Of a stretch of DNA of 64,000 nt, positions 37,801 to 51,423 are shown in pieces. Source of the stretch: Kudoa neothunni (lineage: Eukaryota; Animalia; Cnidaria); assembly GCA_964304625.1 (NCBI GenBank), contig OZ199838.1:4857489-4921488 (forward strand). Reading direction: 5' to 3'. Position 1 is the stretch's first letter. Each line of letters starts with the position of its first letter. The position numbers and the translations under genes were made by a program. Under the pieces are notes generated by a model. The model saw only the letters and a program-made list of their open reading frames with translations, was not told where the DNA came from and searched no databases.

Positions 37801-38725
37801 CAGCCTTATCATATTCGTACATAAGCATACAAGAATTGAAGCAGATTAAAAGTTTTTCCGAATTTAAATGTCTAAAATTCGAATTCTACAATGTGAGCAA
37901 AAACTAGAAATCCAACTTTATAAAATCGTTTGAGCAAGATGATTCCACCTCCTTTTCTACTATTTGTACACATTCAAGCATATCATCTTTAAGGCAGCTG
38001 AAGCTAGTTCCATGTAGCTTCAACCACACATTGTAAGTAATAAGTTTTAACAAAACTTGATTCTAGAAAGAAGGACAATTATTTACGGGTGGCACCGAGT
38101 AGCAAAAGGTTAGATAAAATATACAGGAAATGACTCCAACAATTGGCAACAATCAAAGAATATTATTTTAACTAGATAAAACAGAAAAGGAAATTTTATT
38201 GCGAGAGGTATTTGCTAGATAATCAGCTTTAAAAATTGCATCTTTTATTGGTAACAAACTTCGCTATCTATGGACAATTGCTCTCTGGCAACAACATTCG
38301 CACTTATGATTTTCTAAATAATAATAAATAATAAAACGTTAGGATTTGATAATACGTCTTTATTGACAAGAAAAATATGCTCTATTTCTTCTAGGGAATT
38401 TTCAGGTCCAGTAAAATTATTTATTCCAAAAAGCTCTAATATTTTCCAGCCAAAATTTATTATTCTACACCAACTTAAAATAAAAATTTAATAAAAAAAA
38501 ATATTTACTCATAAGATTTCTTCGATTTTATATAATTATCGAAAATAAATGATTTTAATTGGTTGGGATCTAAAAAAGTGAAATGGTACGATATTTTCGT
38601 CAAAATTGAGTACTTTCGCACAAAAGATCGACCATATATTTTATATCTTTCATAATCTGTACATTTCCAGAGCGATCAACTGAGTCGGTTAAAAAATATT
38701 CTGGAATATCACCCAAATTATTCAT
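31886..38725 (-). CDS. TTC27: Tetratricopeptide repeat protein 27 (Emw1-like); multi-exon
   Basis: LELFGIKNFTGP, LGKKMKYQEKPIAQL, LLEFDSVKRMERSLKQ, and TPR repeats (LWFTLGCIQMRLERFKEAISSFLQCTRLEPD, NYKMWEN). Contains a 2.8-kb intron at 33493-36325. Confidence 0.85.
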
Positions 38726-39076
38726 TTCTCAGCGTGGTCGGTTACATTCGGAGAGAATCGCAAGGTGTAAAAATGTGATAAAATTTTCCTAATTTTTTAA
38801 TTCATTTAATTTTTATAGATCCAAATGATAATCCTCAATTTAAGTACAATTGAATAAAAATTGCCAATTAAAAGAACTATTTGTTAAATATAATGAATTC
38901 CTTGAGATATTTTTTGTCTACAAGACATCATGTTTATCAAATAATAAGGAATACCGCTAAAATAAAACCTGGTAGTATTTTTTAGTTAATTTTTAATTTA
39001 AAAACTAACTTCTAAATAGGGTATGGTGCCATTTTCGAAAATAAAGAAGAAGAAAAGGATCCATCTTACATTAAGG

Positions 39077-40568
39077 CAGTGTTTCCCTACATGCGGTACC
39101 CGTACCCCCTAAGGATACGAAAAGCCATCATTGGGGATGCGGGAGTCATCCTATAATAAATTTAAAAATTAATCTTAATTAATTAATTTCTTGATGTTCG
39201 TTAGTCCCCGTTTAAATCATGTAAGGACGTAATGCATGTAATAATATTTTTGGTTGTTTTGTTATCAATTAGTTTATATTCAAAAAATGATAAATGAAAA
39301 TTTATTTAATTTAATGTTTATTTTATTTGATTCTATGGAATGGCAAAGCGAGATAATAGTTAATATTAAGCCTATTCAACCTACAAAGTCTACCACTCGC
39401 TATTTTCATGTAAAATCGTAACTGTGTTGTCTTTTAAAGTAACATATTTTTATGCTTATGCTGTAACTAGGTTGTCGGCATTTTTATCTATTTAGAAATA
39501 ATCTATATCCTTAAAAATAAAACCTCCAGGTGGTTTTAACTGTCTCCTGTCTAAATTTGAGATCCATCATTTAATTGTATATTCTTTATGTTACATTTTA
39601 AGTTTTATGTTCGAATTTGTATCTAGACTCTGACATGAATTTTAGCTAAATTATCGTTAAAAATGTTGGTAAAACAAAATTCAGAGCATTCATTTATACA
39701 CTTAAATAAATAAATGTCAATTTTAACAGAATATATTAGTTATTTTTCTTTGGTACATTAAGTAGGCATCTGTTTTGAATTTTCTGAATTTTTCTTAACC
39801 TGTTGCCTCAATGTTTAAATAAAAATCTGGCTTATTAGAGAATAAGGAATTTTCTAGGATTATCCTTACAAAAGGAATATGAGGCAGGCTTCTAGACTTT
39901 ACTGTACACAAATAAAGTGTATCGGAATTCCCTGAAACCCCAAACGATTTGAAAGTATCATTTACCAACACTGCGCCACGCTTTGAAATTTCTTATCAAA
40001 AACCGGCGAGAGCGAGAAAACCGCCGGATCAATTAAATACCAAATAACATTTTTTGAAATGGTGATTTTTTTATGAACTATATGGATTGATTATATTTAT
40101 TTGGCGTATTTAAATTGCTCTTTAAAATACAGAACTTAATCAAGCAATTACATTATTTTAGTACCATGATCTATTATTACTTATATATAAAGTTGTTGTT
40201 TCTAATATTTGAAATAATTATAATAACATTTTTTAGTTAGAATTGTTTACTGCTTTACATAAAAATGGTATGTTCAGGCAGGAATAAATAATAGCTTCAA
40301 TCGTTGAGTGTTAAGTCATGGGGTAGGAAAAGATTTTTTTTCTTTCTCAGTGCGTAGAAAATTCAATTAAAAATAATTCAGAAAATTAACAAGTTGAAAT
40401 ATTTAAAATAATAAAAAGCATAATTTTAAAACGGTTTTTACTGTTATTATTCTTTTTGCGTTTAGATATTAGGTAAAATTAAGCCTTGACTTTCACATGA
40501 GGGAGTGGGTGCGAAGTATGGGGAAATTAGCATGGGGTTACGAGTGTAAAATTTGTAGGGAAACACTG
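39077..40568. mobile_element. hAT non-autonomous element, 1.5 kb
   Basis: Perfect 15-bp TIRs cagtgtttccctaca / tgtagggaaacactg; degenerate TSD cattaagg / cttaaagg. Confidence 0.85.
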
Positions 40569-40573
40569 CTTAA

Positions 40574-40767
40574 AGGGGGAACGTGGTGAAGACACTATCT
40601 ATAAGATTGTAGAGATGACTTGTTCAGCCGCGTCCATAGAAGCTGTAACACACCAGCGAATCACATGCCACATGTAACTTGTAGCTTTATTTTTCTGCGA
40701 TAATATGGGAATATAGAATATTGAAAATATTTGCCCTTGGTGAAAACCTCTCCAAACCATACCCCCT
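40574..40767. mobile_element. Kolobok-like MITE
   Basis: TTAA|aggggg ... ccccct|TTAA: TTAA flanks with purine-purine termini. Confidence 0.5.
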
Positions 40768-41116
40768 TTAATCTATACCGTTTAACCTCAATGCAAAGGC
40801 GTTGTATGTGTGGTGCCCTCAAGAGTTTTCATACTTTGTACATCCTACTCGGCTCAAACCCTAATTATAAGTATTCAATCTAGAATTAGGAATCAGGATT
40901 GGTTCATTTTGAAGATAAAAACACATTCGCTTTTGTGTTCTTAAAGGTAAATTTAATATTTTTACGTTAAATAGGAAATTCGCTAAATTTTAACTTGTTA
41001 GAAATTAAATAAACTTGTATATTGAATGGTAGCTATAAATTCGGCGATGAGGTTCAAATTCCCTATTGCAGCAAAGAAGAATTGTATAATTTCGTAGAGC
41101 TCCATATGAGAGATTA

Positions 41117-41546
41117 CAACGTCACCTCGGACTTCGACCATAATCCATTCTTGAAGTGTGATCGAACTCTGAATAATTTTTTCCCATGCAAAATATTGAA
41201 AATTAATTAAAAATTCGTTACCCCTCATCAAATAAATGACTATTTTTATTCTTATTTATTAAAAAACAAGCATGTCTTTTGTTTATAAAATATAACAAAT
41301 GAATATTAAATATAATGATAAATATGAAATATTGGATAAATATTTTTTGGTTGTTATACAAAAAATACAAAGTGTTCTCTTTCGATGACGCTCACACAAT
41401 CTGGCTGAGCGAATCTTCTTCTAGAATTTCTTTATTCGTTGTTTTTTGCTCTCAACTTGATTTGTTCTGAATACCTTTTCTATGCGCGTTCGAACTCAAA
41501 GGTATTTCTGACTCTAAATTTTTAGTCAAACCCCGAGGTTGCGCTG
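41117..41546. mobile_element. pogo/Tigger-like MITE
   Basis: TA|caacgtcacctcgg ... ccgaggttgcgctg|TA; the body aligns in inverted orientation with 62851-63298. Confidence 0.8.
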
Positions 41547-42672
41547 TATTTGGATTACAAAACAATGTCAAAGTTGAGGACGTTTACGTAGTTCCGTTTC
41601 TAGTAAAAATCAAGATTTTTCGATTAGAATTTCAGGGCTTTATAAGCCTAAAAATATAGGAGGATTTCAAAAACCCCGATTTTAAACACTAAATATTTTT
41701 GAACTTGAAGGAGTATTAAATGATTACATTAAACCATAAACAATTTAGTTTGAAAATTTACAATTTTCAACACTTTTATTTGATGGAGAATTTTTAATGG
41801 TTTCAGATTGTTTGAAAAACAAAATGAATAGAATTGGCGAAAAACTGCTGAATACACTTCCGGTAAAATACAACGAAATTTAATGTTAAATTAAAAATAT
41901 ATATGGCAAACTCAACATTATATCTGTTTATATTTATGTCATTAAAATTATACATCATTCTTGTTTTATTTCAAATTTTGTATTACTCTAAATAATTAGT
42001 AAGCAGAAGTTTTTTCATGGAAAGCAAGAGTATTAGAATTGGGCTAATAATGTTCACGCTATTTGTAGAAAATCGACTTTTTTAAACAGAGTAATAACGT
42101 AAAATGCTTTCTTTACCTTTTAATACATTATGAATTTGTTCAAAATAAATTTTAGAAATAACAGAGTAATTATTTTATTTTTAGTCGTATTGAGAATATA
42201 TCGAAGTAAGATCTCTTTAGTTAGTTAGAGCTCTAAGATCACAGTTTTCTCACGATCGCCTTCATCGATTTGTGTTTTTGATGCTGTGATTATCAAGTTC
42301 AATTTTATAAAAACTACTCTAAACTGACTCTATTCATGTGAATGAGCTGCAATCGCAGATGCATTACATTTAGCATTGACGTAAATTTTAACCATCACTC
42401 CCAACCTCGATAAGAGATGCAAAATACAGACAGTAGCCATACCGAACCGGAAATCGAGCTTGTAACATCCCGGGTTACACAACAGTGGCTAGTCGCTCGA
42501 GTGTTCCTCTCTGCCGTAACCGTCATATGGATTAGTGAGTCCTCCCAATTCTCATCAATATCGATTACCTCGTTATCTACCAAAACGTCTTCTTAAATGT
42601 ATTCCAACTTGATATCTTAACACTGTGTATTTTAAATCGAACAATGAGGACGGAAACACTAGGTTAAAATAA

Positions 42673-44142
42673 AGAAGTGGTTGTATATCGGGTACCTGAT
42701 AATCCGATCGCGCTCAGGCTAATCTCAGGGAATGAATATCTCTAAAAATACTGAATATATGTCATTCATATTTTCCATATTATTTAATATTTACTTAACT
42801 TAATATTTTGTAAGTTTTTGAAAAATTTGAATTTTTAAAAAATTTTTAGTAATACAACCATCCTAAGTCCATCAATATTCAAGTGTAATTATCATATATT
42901 TTTAGATATTTCAATAGAAAAACATATTCCCTTTAAATATTTGTGGATATAAATAGTCTATTTTGCTTTTAAGTAATTTTAACGCCTTTTGTATTCTGTC
43001 TGGTTGGAGTGGTAAAAGATGAGTTCTAGCATGTTTATATATAGAATATGGTTTATTTTTTCGAAGATCTTTACATTGTCACAATAAAATATGAATAATT
43101 CAAATTTAGATTATCAAAAAAATTGCCCTTCCTTTCTAAGAAATTGTATATGCATAGGTGGAATACGTCATCTGAAAAGAAGTTTTTAAATGTGGATCCT
43201 ATAATAGAAAATAAAATATTTTAACCATTGTTGAAAGAAAAATATTCAAACAGAAGTTAAAATAAAAAACAAATTTTTCTATGGTGTCGGCTAATAAAAC
43301 TCCCGAATTTTGTGGGGAATTTTTAACGTCTATAAGATCTATTAGTCTATTTGAAAAAATTATTAAGAATCATGATATTTTTATCGTTGGTTTCCTCAAT
43401 AAATTTGAGTATTTATGGGCAAATATAATATTTACAATTTAATATAGCTGAAGATATGTGTGACAGTAAAGAAAATGGAAATATTTTATGATTTATTTTC
43501 CGATATTGAGAATTAGATGTCTCCTGTCGATTTAATAGGGATCTCACCTATCAAAATGACAAGACTTAAGACAAATAACAAATTAAACCCTCATCAGGAA
43601 CAAATAAATAACAATGATAAAGCTGAAAATGGCATAAAACAGCCTTTATTAAAAGTTAACATTAAAATATTATTATTGGATTTTCAAATCTCAAAATTCC
43701 ATCGAAAAGATAGTCAATCGTAAGGCCCGCTGAAAATCATATGTCAACAATTGTGGATACAGAGATGTATACAAATAATTTATTTTATTTATGAACCGAA
43801 AAATTCAATATTACATGTTAAATTTATTTTCTGTAGGTGATAACTGTTATATTTTATGATTTCTAACCCACATTATCAAGTCATCATATATTCCATTTCT
43901 TTTAGAAATACAAAATAACATGGGAAATAAAAGATAATGAAAATTTTTAAAAATATATGATAATTACACTTGAATATTGATGGACTTAGGATGGTTGCTT
44001 TACTGAAAATTTTTGAAAAATTCAAATTTTTCAAAAACTTACAGAAAATTAAGTTAAGTAAATATTAAATAATAAGTAAAATATGCATAAAATATATGCA
44101 ATAGTTTTAGAGATATTCATTTCTTGAGATATAGCCACTACC
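42673..44142. mobile_element. Long-TIR (foldback) element, Kolobok-like
   Basis: About 190-bp inverted repeats (42717-42910 vs ~43940-44136); right end gccactacc|TTAA; left end degenerate and interrupted. Confidence 0.75.
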
Positions 44143-44783
44143 TTAAATTAACGGGGGAAGAAGGGACTTTTCGATCAATCAAAGAGAATATTCGTTGTAA
44201 ACTAAGAAGGGTTAAAATGAAAAAAATTATCATTCGTTTGTGTATTTAAAGATGTAGTATAAATATGTTGGAATGTATTTATAGCCTATTAAAAAAGAGA
44301 TTTCTGACAAGGTTTTAAGGATGCAGTGGTGGCTAGGTCATTTGGAGTTTCGGAATATTTTTAAAGCAATAAATAACACTCTGAAAAACTACAAACAAAC
44401 ATCTTCAAACATAGTTTGGATCAAATATTTCCACGGTCGTTAGCATTATGGAATAATGAGATTATCTGTTAATAGAAAATTTTTATATTAACATATTTGA
44501 CCGAATAAGAAAATGAATGAGTAAAAGGACATATTGTTGAAACAAAAAGAATGCATCCATAGGGACACAAAAACGCAACCTCTCTATTGAAAAAGACATG
44601 CGCAAAAATTTGTCTAAAAAGTTCGAAAACATTTATCGTCCAACTAATCATAGGAAATATTATTTTGGGGGAAATTTTTCTCATTAAACCATAGAAATAC
44701 AAGCAATCAATAGGTTTTAGTCAAAACGTATTATCAATTTACTGAATCGACGAAGCTAGGGATTAGGATTATTCGTGATAGCA

Positions 44784-46116
44784 ATGCCGTTAGTGTTGTG
44801 GCCTGTGCAACCTATCTATCTTTTTAGGGATAATAAAATAACAAATGATCCGGATCCGCTGAGGGCTCAACGTCTCCATGGGCTTACCAATATTCTTAGA
44901 CAAATGTCTTCCATATCTAACAACATTGAAGACATATTCACTGGAATATCAGCAGATTTGGAGAGTGTTCAACTGAGAACAAAAGAAATTTCCGCTAGAG
45001 TAGAAAAGTTGCGTAATGTTGCCAAAAACACTTTAACCGTTGAGTCCACGTTGGATCCTGGGCACAAAGAATGGGCCATGAACATAAAAATCGGCGCACC
45101 CACTGTTGCTAGGAATACACTTCCAGAACCTATTGAGAAATTGTACAACTCCTGTGTTCCATTGCCTCAGTTGGATAGATTAGACAAATTCAATAACGAC
45201 GGCTCCAAATGTATGAGTTTTTATAGCAAGCCGGAATTCTTTTTCGAACAATGGATTACGTCATTCGACAAAGACATTGCTCTTAAACAGGAAAAGAGAT
45301 TGAAAAAGGTTATTTCTGCTGATGTTGCTGCATGAATGGAAATTATTGATGTGGTGTAATTTTAGAAAGAAGATAGAAAAGCTGCCAACAAAGACAGGAA
45401 ACAATCCGTCAAATCAACTACCTCTGATCAAGCTAAACCTGCTGCAATTTCTGACAATAAAGCTAGCATGGATGCCATTGCAGAATCCGATGATATGCAA
45501 CTATTCGAAGAAGAATTAGGATTCGAACCTAATGGTAACTTTATGTCTTAATGTCACACACTACCAATTCATCCATAGAGCTTGATGCTATCAATGATAA
45601 GACCGCGTTTGAAGGCTTGGAACCACCATCAGATGATTCCATCTTAGATGAACCTGTGTGCTTCACTCCACCAGATATAGAACCGCTTGCAATGAATGAA
45701 GCTGCACCAGCTGCAACAACTCCTAATAGCAGCACATTCAAAATTAATGAGGTCAAAGCACCTGCCCCACCACCTCCTCCTCCTGTTCCTATTATGCAAG
45801 TGTCCACACCAGCTCCCACAATTCCAAGCCTTGGATCTGTGTCCTTGAAAAGTCGCCCGGCTGCTCCTAAACCTGCTGGTGATGGCCGAATGGATCTTCT
45901 CAGTTCCATTCGTAAAGGAAAAGAATTGAAAACCGTATTTTTGTGTTATTGTGGACGATCTTATAGTGATTTTATTAGGTTAAAGTTGAAACCAAGAAAG
46001 AGGTCGAGCAGTACGCTGGAAATGACGTTGCCTCTATTCTGGCTCGTCGTATAAATATTGGCGGTGATAGCGATAGTGATGCATCCGAAGAAGATGATGG
46101 CGATGATTGGGATTAA
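44784..46116 (+). CDS. WASF: WAVE/SCAR family Arp2/3 activator; 4 exons
   Basis: WAVE homology domain (MPLV..., LTNILRQMSSIS..EDIF, CMSFYSKPEFFFEQW), basic region, polyproline, WH2 (DGRMDLLSSIRKGKELKTV), central NDVASILARR and acidic tail EEDDGDDWD*. Confidence 0.95.
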
Positions 46117-46856
46117 CCTCATCATTCTTTTTTGTATCTTTTTAAGGGACATTACTTTTTAAATATTAATGAATCATTTTCACTCTGTTATTTTGAGTTG
46201 ATTCTTGTGTTTCTTCTGCCGATTTTTTTAATTTGGAGTGATCATAGGTGAAACTTTACATTAATTTTATTTTTATTGATTCAAAAATTGTTCTTTAATT
46301 TATTGCATTTTAAAATATTCGAATGACACCCTAACTAACATTTTTACAGAGAAGTCTTGATTAATTTGTGCTGTGGTCAATATACGCGTGAGTAATTTTA
46401 CTTTGTCCTCTTAAAACTGAAAATCTTTTACCGTATAAATGTGCGAACAAACTTTATCACAATCATCGAAGTTAGAAATAGCAAAATGATAAATAAAATG
46501 GTCAAAATATAAAAATGAGTATCATTACAAATTACAGTAGTTGAGCCCAACAGATTAACTCTACAGCAATTTGTTTGTTTCGGTATAATAATCATCCATT
46601 AATCAGACGAAGCAATAAATATATTATAATTAATAGTAGTGTAATCATCTCTAGAGATTTTAAAGTTTCTATTAAATATGCTAAAACAAAAATATCTTCT
46701 CCGTTCAAAATAAAATTTGTGAGCTTGAATAGTTAAAAATTATTGGACAAATTTGATATTATTTCTAGTTTCATTCTATTATTTCCTAGGTCGTAATTAT
46801 AGGATAATAATATTCGGTTGAAATTTTTTAATTTTTATTGTTTAATTGGATTAGAT

Positions 46857-47466
46857 CAGGGGTTCTCAACCGGGGGTAAATATTAAATAACAGCAGGTAA
46901 ATTAAGTAATATTAGAATTAGATTGAGCAAATTTTTGCATTATGCGGTTTGTGACTTACTTTAGGATGTCTAAGGAATTATATTATTTAGGGCTTTATAC
47001 GCAATAAGAAGTTGTCAGAAATGCTTAAAATGTTTTTATGAATAAGTATGTAACAACTATTTATAAATCTACTATCGGTTTCTTCCTTTTATGCCTCATT
47101 TATCTTATAATGATGCTGCCTGATATTACTAATAATAATACTTAAAGTGGCTATTTGCATGGTGAGTAATATTTAGGTGTCACCAGTTTTGACCGTTTTT
47201 AATTACGTATATCTCCTGAGAGCGAAGGATCGGGATAAAGATAACTTAATTTAGCCAAGTCTAAAAAATTAAATCTGTAGACAACTTGGTAATAAGAGTT
47301 TCTAGGATTAAAAATTGTCCTTGCATAGACGTGCATGTCTTTTTGGATTAGAATTTACTATGCAAATAGTCTCTGACTTGGTTAAACCAGTATAGAACCT
47401 CAAAGTAAATATGAATTTGGTTTCCAAGTTAAGGGGGTAAATTTGGAAAAACGGTCGAATGCCCTG
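46857..47466. mobile_element. hAT MITE
   Basis: Ends caggggttctcaaccg / cggtcgaatgccctg; TSD gattagat / gattagac. Confidence 0.85.
47146..47374. mobile_element. Nested MITE, possibly PIF/Harbinger-like
   Basis: TIRs ggctatttgcatggtga / ttactatgcaaatagtc; this segment is absent from the sister hAT copy at 8276. Confidence 0.6.
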
Positions 47467-47683
47467 GATTAGACCATACAATAATCATTGTTTATAGAAA
47501 TAATTTCGCGATCTTTATATCTATGAAACTTTTCTTTTGGTTTCGTAAAAATTAAAAAATTTTCAAAAATTTAATTAACCCTCTAACGGACTTAGGTATG
47601 TGGGATCCCGACGCCACATCATATTGCCCATAAAATTTGTTCTAATATACGCTTAAGTCTATAATCTCGGCTATTCTTCTATA

Positions 47684-48952
47684 CAGTGGGTAACGGGTAA
47701 TCCGCAGTACGGCTAATACGTACTTTTGCTTGCTCATAGAGAATTTACTACTTGTTGAACACATTACTTAAGTTTGCGTTTATAAACTTACTTTAGTTGA
47801 GTTTTTACACCCAACAAATAATTTTCAGACAAAAATTTAATAAAATATTTTAATTTAAAGGCATTATTGGGTAATACACACCTTTCTCCCTGAAATTAAT
47901 CTTAAAATCGCGCGCAGGTACTATTTGATTTGTACGTATGGTCGACGAAAACCCTCATGATTTGATTATAATAAATGAAAATAATATTTATTAAAATATT
48001 TGAACTCAATATCAGAAAAATAAAAGCCACGCCGTTAAAAATTTTATATTCATATTAAGTTTACATAACATCCTAACCGAGAAATTACAAATTAAGGAAT
48101 TAGGTGAAAACTGAGCTATAAACATTAAGGAGCAGAACAATCGATGAATTTGATAACAACTTATACGAATGGATTACTATAATAAGCTCAAATATTTAAA
48201 AGTTGTTCATCATAGGAAATTATTTTTAAACATTATGCAATTGTCAAGAAAATTATGTAAAACACCCTAATGTTAGCTATGGTTGGTTTTAAGGTTTTAT
48301 AAATGAGTTGATATACGTAGATTTAAATTATATAGTGATCCAAAAATCGTTGATGAATGTACGTTTAAAAATTACTCTGAAAAATTATAAACTCGAGATG
48401 GATTTGAATTTTAACTGAGACAAAATTATGATTCCACTTTGGTGCAATTTTCTATATACAAAATATTAAAAGGGGAGAAAGAGAATCTTCGGTTGAACGT
48501 GACGATTTCCAATTAGCTAAAATACTATGTAGGTGACACTTTTGGGATTTGTGGATAACGAAGCAAAAACGATGAAAAATGAAAAAAATTCCTTCAGGCA
48601 TTCTGGAGACATTACCTTCTCATATCTAGAACCTGTCGATGAAGAAATAGCTACATCACAAAAACTATTTAACTGCCTCATGTATATGAGACTATTTAAA
48701 AAAATGGTTCTGTTTATGTTTAAAAGTACGCTTAAAAGTTAGAAGAAGAATTATTTAATATATCGGTGGAGTGTAAGAAACAAATAAAAATAACGGATAT
48801 TCTCTAAAGGAAATTATTACAGTAATAATCAAAAATAATTAAATTTTGAATATATGCATGCTTGCCAGAAAGTGCGCATTACGTATTATTGTTGGCTAAT
48901 TTGCACGTTTTCTCCGACCCCGAAGGGATTACGTATTACCCGTCACCCACTG
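47684..48952. mobile_element. Tc1/mariner-type non-autonomous element
   Basis: TA|cagtgggtaacgggtaat ... attacccgtcacccactg|TA. Confidence 0.8.
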
Positions 48953-50555
48953 TATTTATGTAAAGTATATATTGATGTATTTTGTTGCTTATAACTGCTA
49001 TTACATAGCACGAAAATAAAAATCCATCCTCCAACTGACTTTGAGGGTAATTGTGGAGCGTGTGGCTCCCCTATTTTTGGCGTTTATACGATTTTTTCCG
49101 TCGGAAATGATTCTGAAAAATCTTATCCATGATGATATAGTAAACATAATAATCCTCCATTTAAACATTTGTTTCCATTTTTCACTATGAAGGAATATGA
49201 ATGTGAATTCGAACCATGAATTGAAATATTTATTTTATTTTTACATGATATTATAATGAAAAAAAAATTAACAATACGTTATTATTAATGATTTACGTTC
49301 AGAAATGTGGAATATAAAAATTTTTCAAGGAAAACTGTTTTTACTGTCATTGCATTGCCGAAAATAAAGAGGAGAGAAACCACCAACATACATACAGGAA
49401 ACAATTAATCATATTTTGTATTGATATAGAAAATATATATTGATCTATATTTGAAAAATGAATTTTAAAACATATTGTAAAAAATTTTCAAATAACAAAT
49501 TTAGAGCCTTTAGTTTGAGTGTTATTTGTTACAAACAACGTATTAATATTCGTCATAATTTGAATATAATAATTGAAATAACAATATATTCGCCAGAATA
49601 TTCGTTTTAAAAAGTAAAGTGTGTATTCAATTAAAAGGTTGAACTAAAATTTGAGCCAAAGAAACCTTAGAATTCTATTGTAGGTTTTAATTACTTTAAT
49701 TAAACCTTTAAATCAATTTATTCTTTCTATGCGTAATAAGTGAGACTGTGACCTCCATCACGGCCGCGGGAATCCGCTTAAGACGGATAGTTTAAACCAC
49801 CCTTTTCGTGTAATTAAGATTATCATATATGTTTAATATAGTGTCTCCCTTCGCGCTATTACACCATGTTCCAAAAATCAATAATATGAAGAAACAAGAA
49901 ATTTAATAATACAACAAAATAAAATACATCAAATTTAACCAAGAACAGCGCAAAATCGATCTTTAATATTTTTCAATCCCAAAAAATTTGTACGAACTAA
50001 TTTACGTAACAGTCAATCTTTCATTTATAATAGTTCGTCAAAATAAATTCCATCTATGGAGATAATTATCAATTTATAAATTTTGTAGGAAATATTTTAA
50101 TTATTTACTAATTTCCCGATTAATAATCACATTTTAAGTCCAATTTAAGAGACAAATCATCAAATAATGCTCAATAATTGCTTCTAAGAACTTAGCGTTT
50201 CGACTGAAAAAATTTATTATACTAAAATTGATTATATTGTTTTAATTAAGATCAAATGTAAATGATAAAATGATATGAGTATGGAGAAAGTTTCAATATT
50301 CAACAAGTCTCGACAACAATCGTTAACAATGATTTATTATGAAATATTTTTAGGTTGAATATAATGTAAAAATATATTCAACATTTTAATGAACCACTTG
50401 TATTTAAATGTATATTCTTTCGTTGCGCAATATAGAAACCAGTGTTTAGCAGGAGGATTATGTTATTGACTACATCGCCATATATCCATATTCGCGATTA
50501 AGAGAAAAATTTATTTTTAAAATTTTGGAATAAATTTTGATATAATTCAGATGAG

Positions 50556-50993
50556 AAGAGCATGTGCGACTTTTTAAAACCTTTTCCTACCAAAAAAGTA
50601 GTAAAAACGCTAAAATGAGGAGCCACGCGCTCCACAATAACCCCTTGGGATCTGTTGGACCCCTGTTTTTTTTGGCATGAACTAATTCAAAAATTATGAA
50701 CATACGATCATTGGAGTATTAAGTAATTATATTGATGCAATATCAGGAAAATCGTTGATCGCTGTACGAACTAATCCTTGATAATTCAATACGGGAGATT
50801 CGTCTGGAACTCCGTAATCTGTTGTTACACCGGCACTGCAATGTCGTCGTTAATTGCTTGTAATCACAGCTTATAAACTACGAAAATTAGTTAATTTAAA
50901 AATATTCACTTTATTTTTTATAGTAACAAAATTTTAAGTGGTGAAGTAAAATTTTTGAAGCATTTTAGAGTGTTTCACTTCGTACATGCTCTC
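50556..50993. mobile_element. Possible MITE
   Basis: Short inverted ends gagcatgtgcga / tcgtacatgctc; no clear TSD. Confidence 0.4.
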
Positions 50994-51423
50994 TTTTTAT
51001 TAATAACTGTTGTATTTGATAACGAAGAGCCGTTCTCGTTATTTCAATGAAAAATCCCAATCTTTCAGTAGCGAATTTGACGAAACATCATTAGAAGTAT
51101 CTAAATGTTTTAATGAAATACCATGAGCTAAATTATCAATAAATTCTACAAACAACAAAAGCGGAATAATTTCATAACTACGTAAGCCATCATCTTCAAG
51201 ATATTCAGTTTATAATATAATAGAATGTAATCCTAGCCCAATTGCTTTTTGTTTGTAGCGAGCTCAGAATACATTTTTGATAGTTTCAATATATTTTTTT
51301 CTGATGCTGTTTGTCAGGAGACAATAATGCACGCTAATATAATTTGAAAATTACATTTTCATAAATCTCGGACCAACATGGATGACGTTGGACTTAGGAA
51401 ATTTTTTGGAACCTTAATTTAGA

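Noticed and set aside
45541-45909. Antisense or overlapping ORFs (also 5064-5402, 11488-11712, 55957-56268, 59846-60308)
   Set aside because: These are shadows of real coding exons on the other strand or frame.
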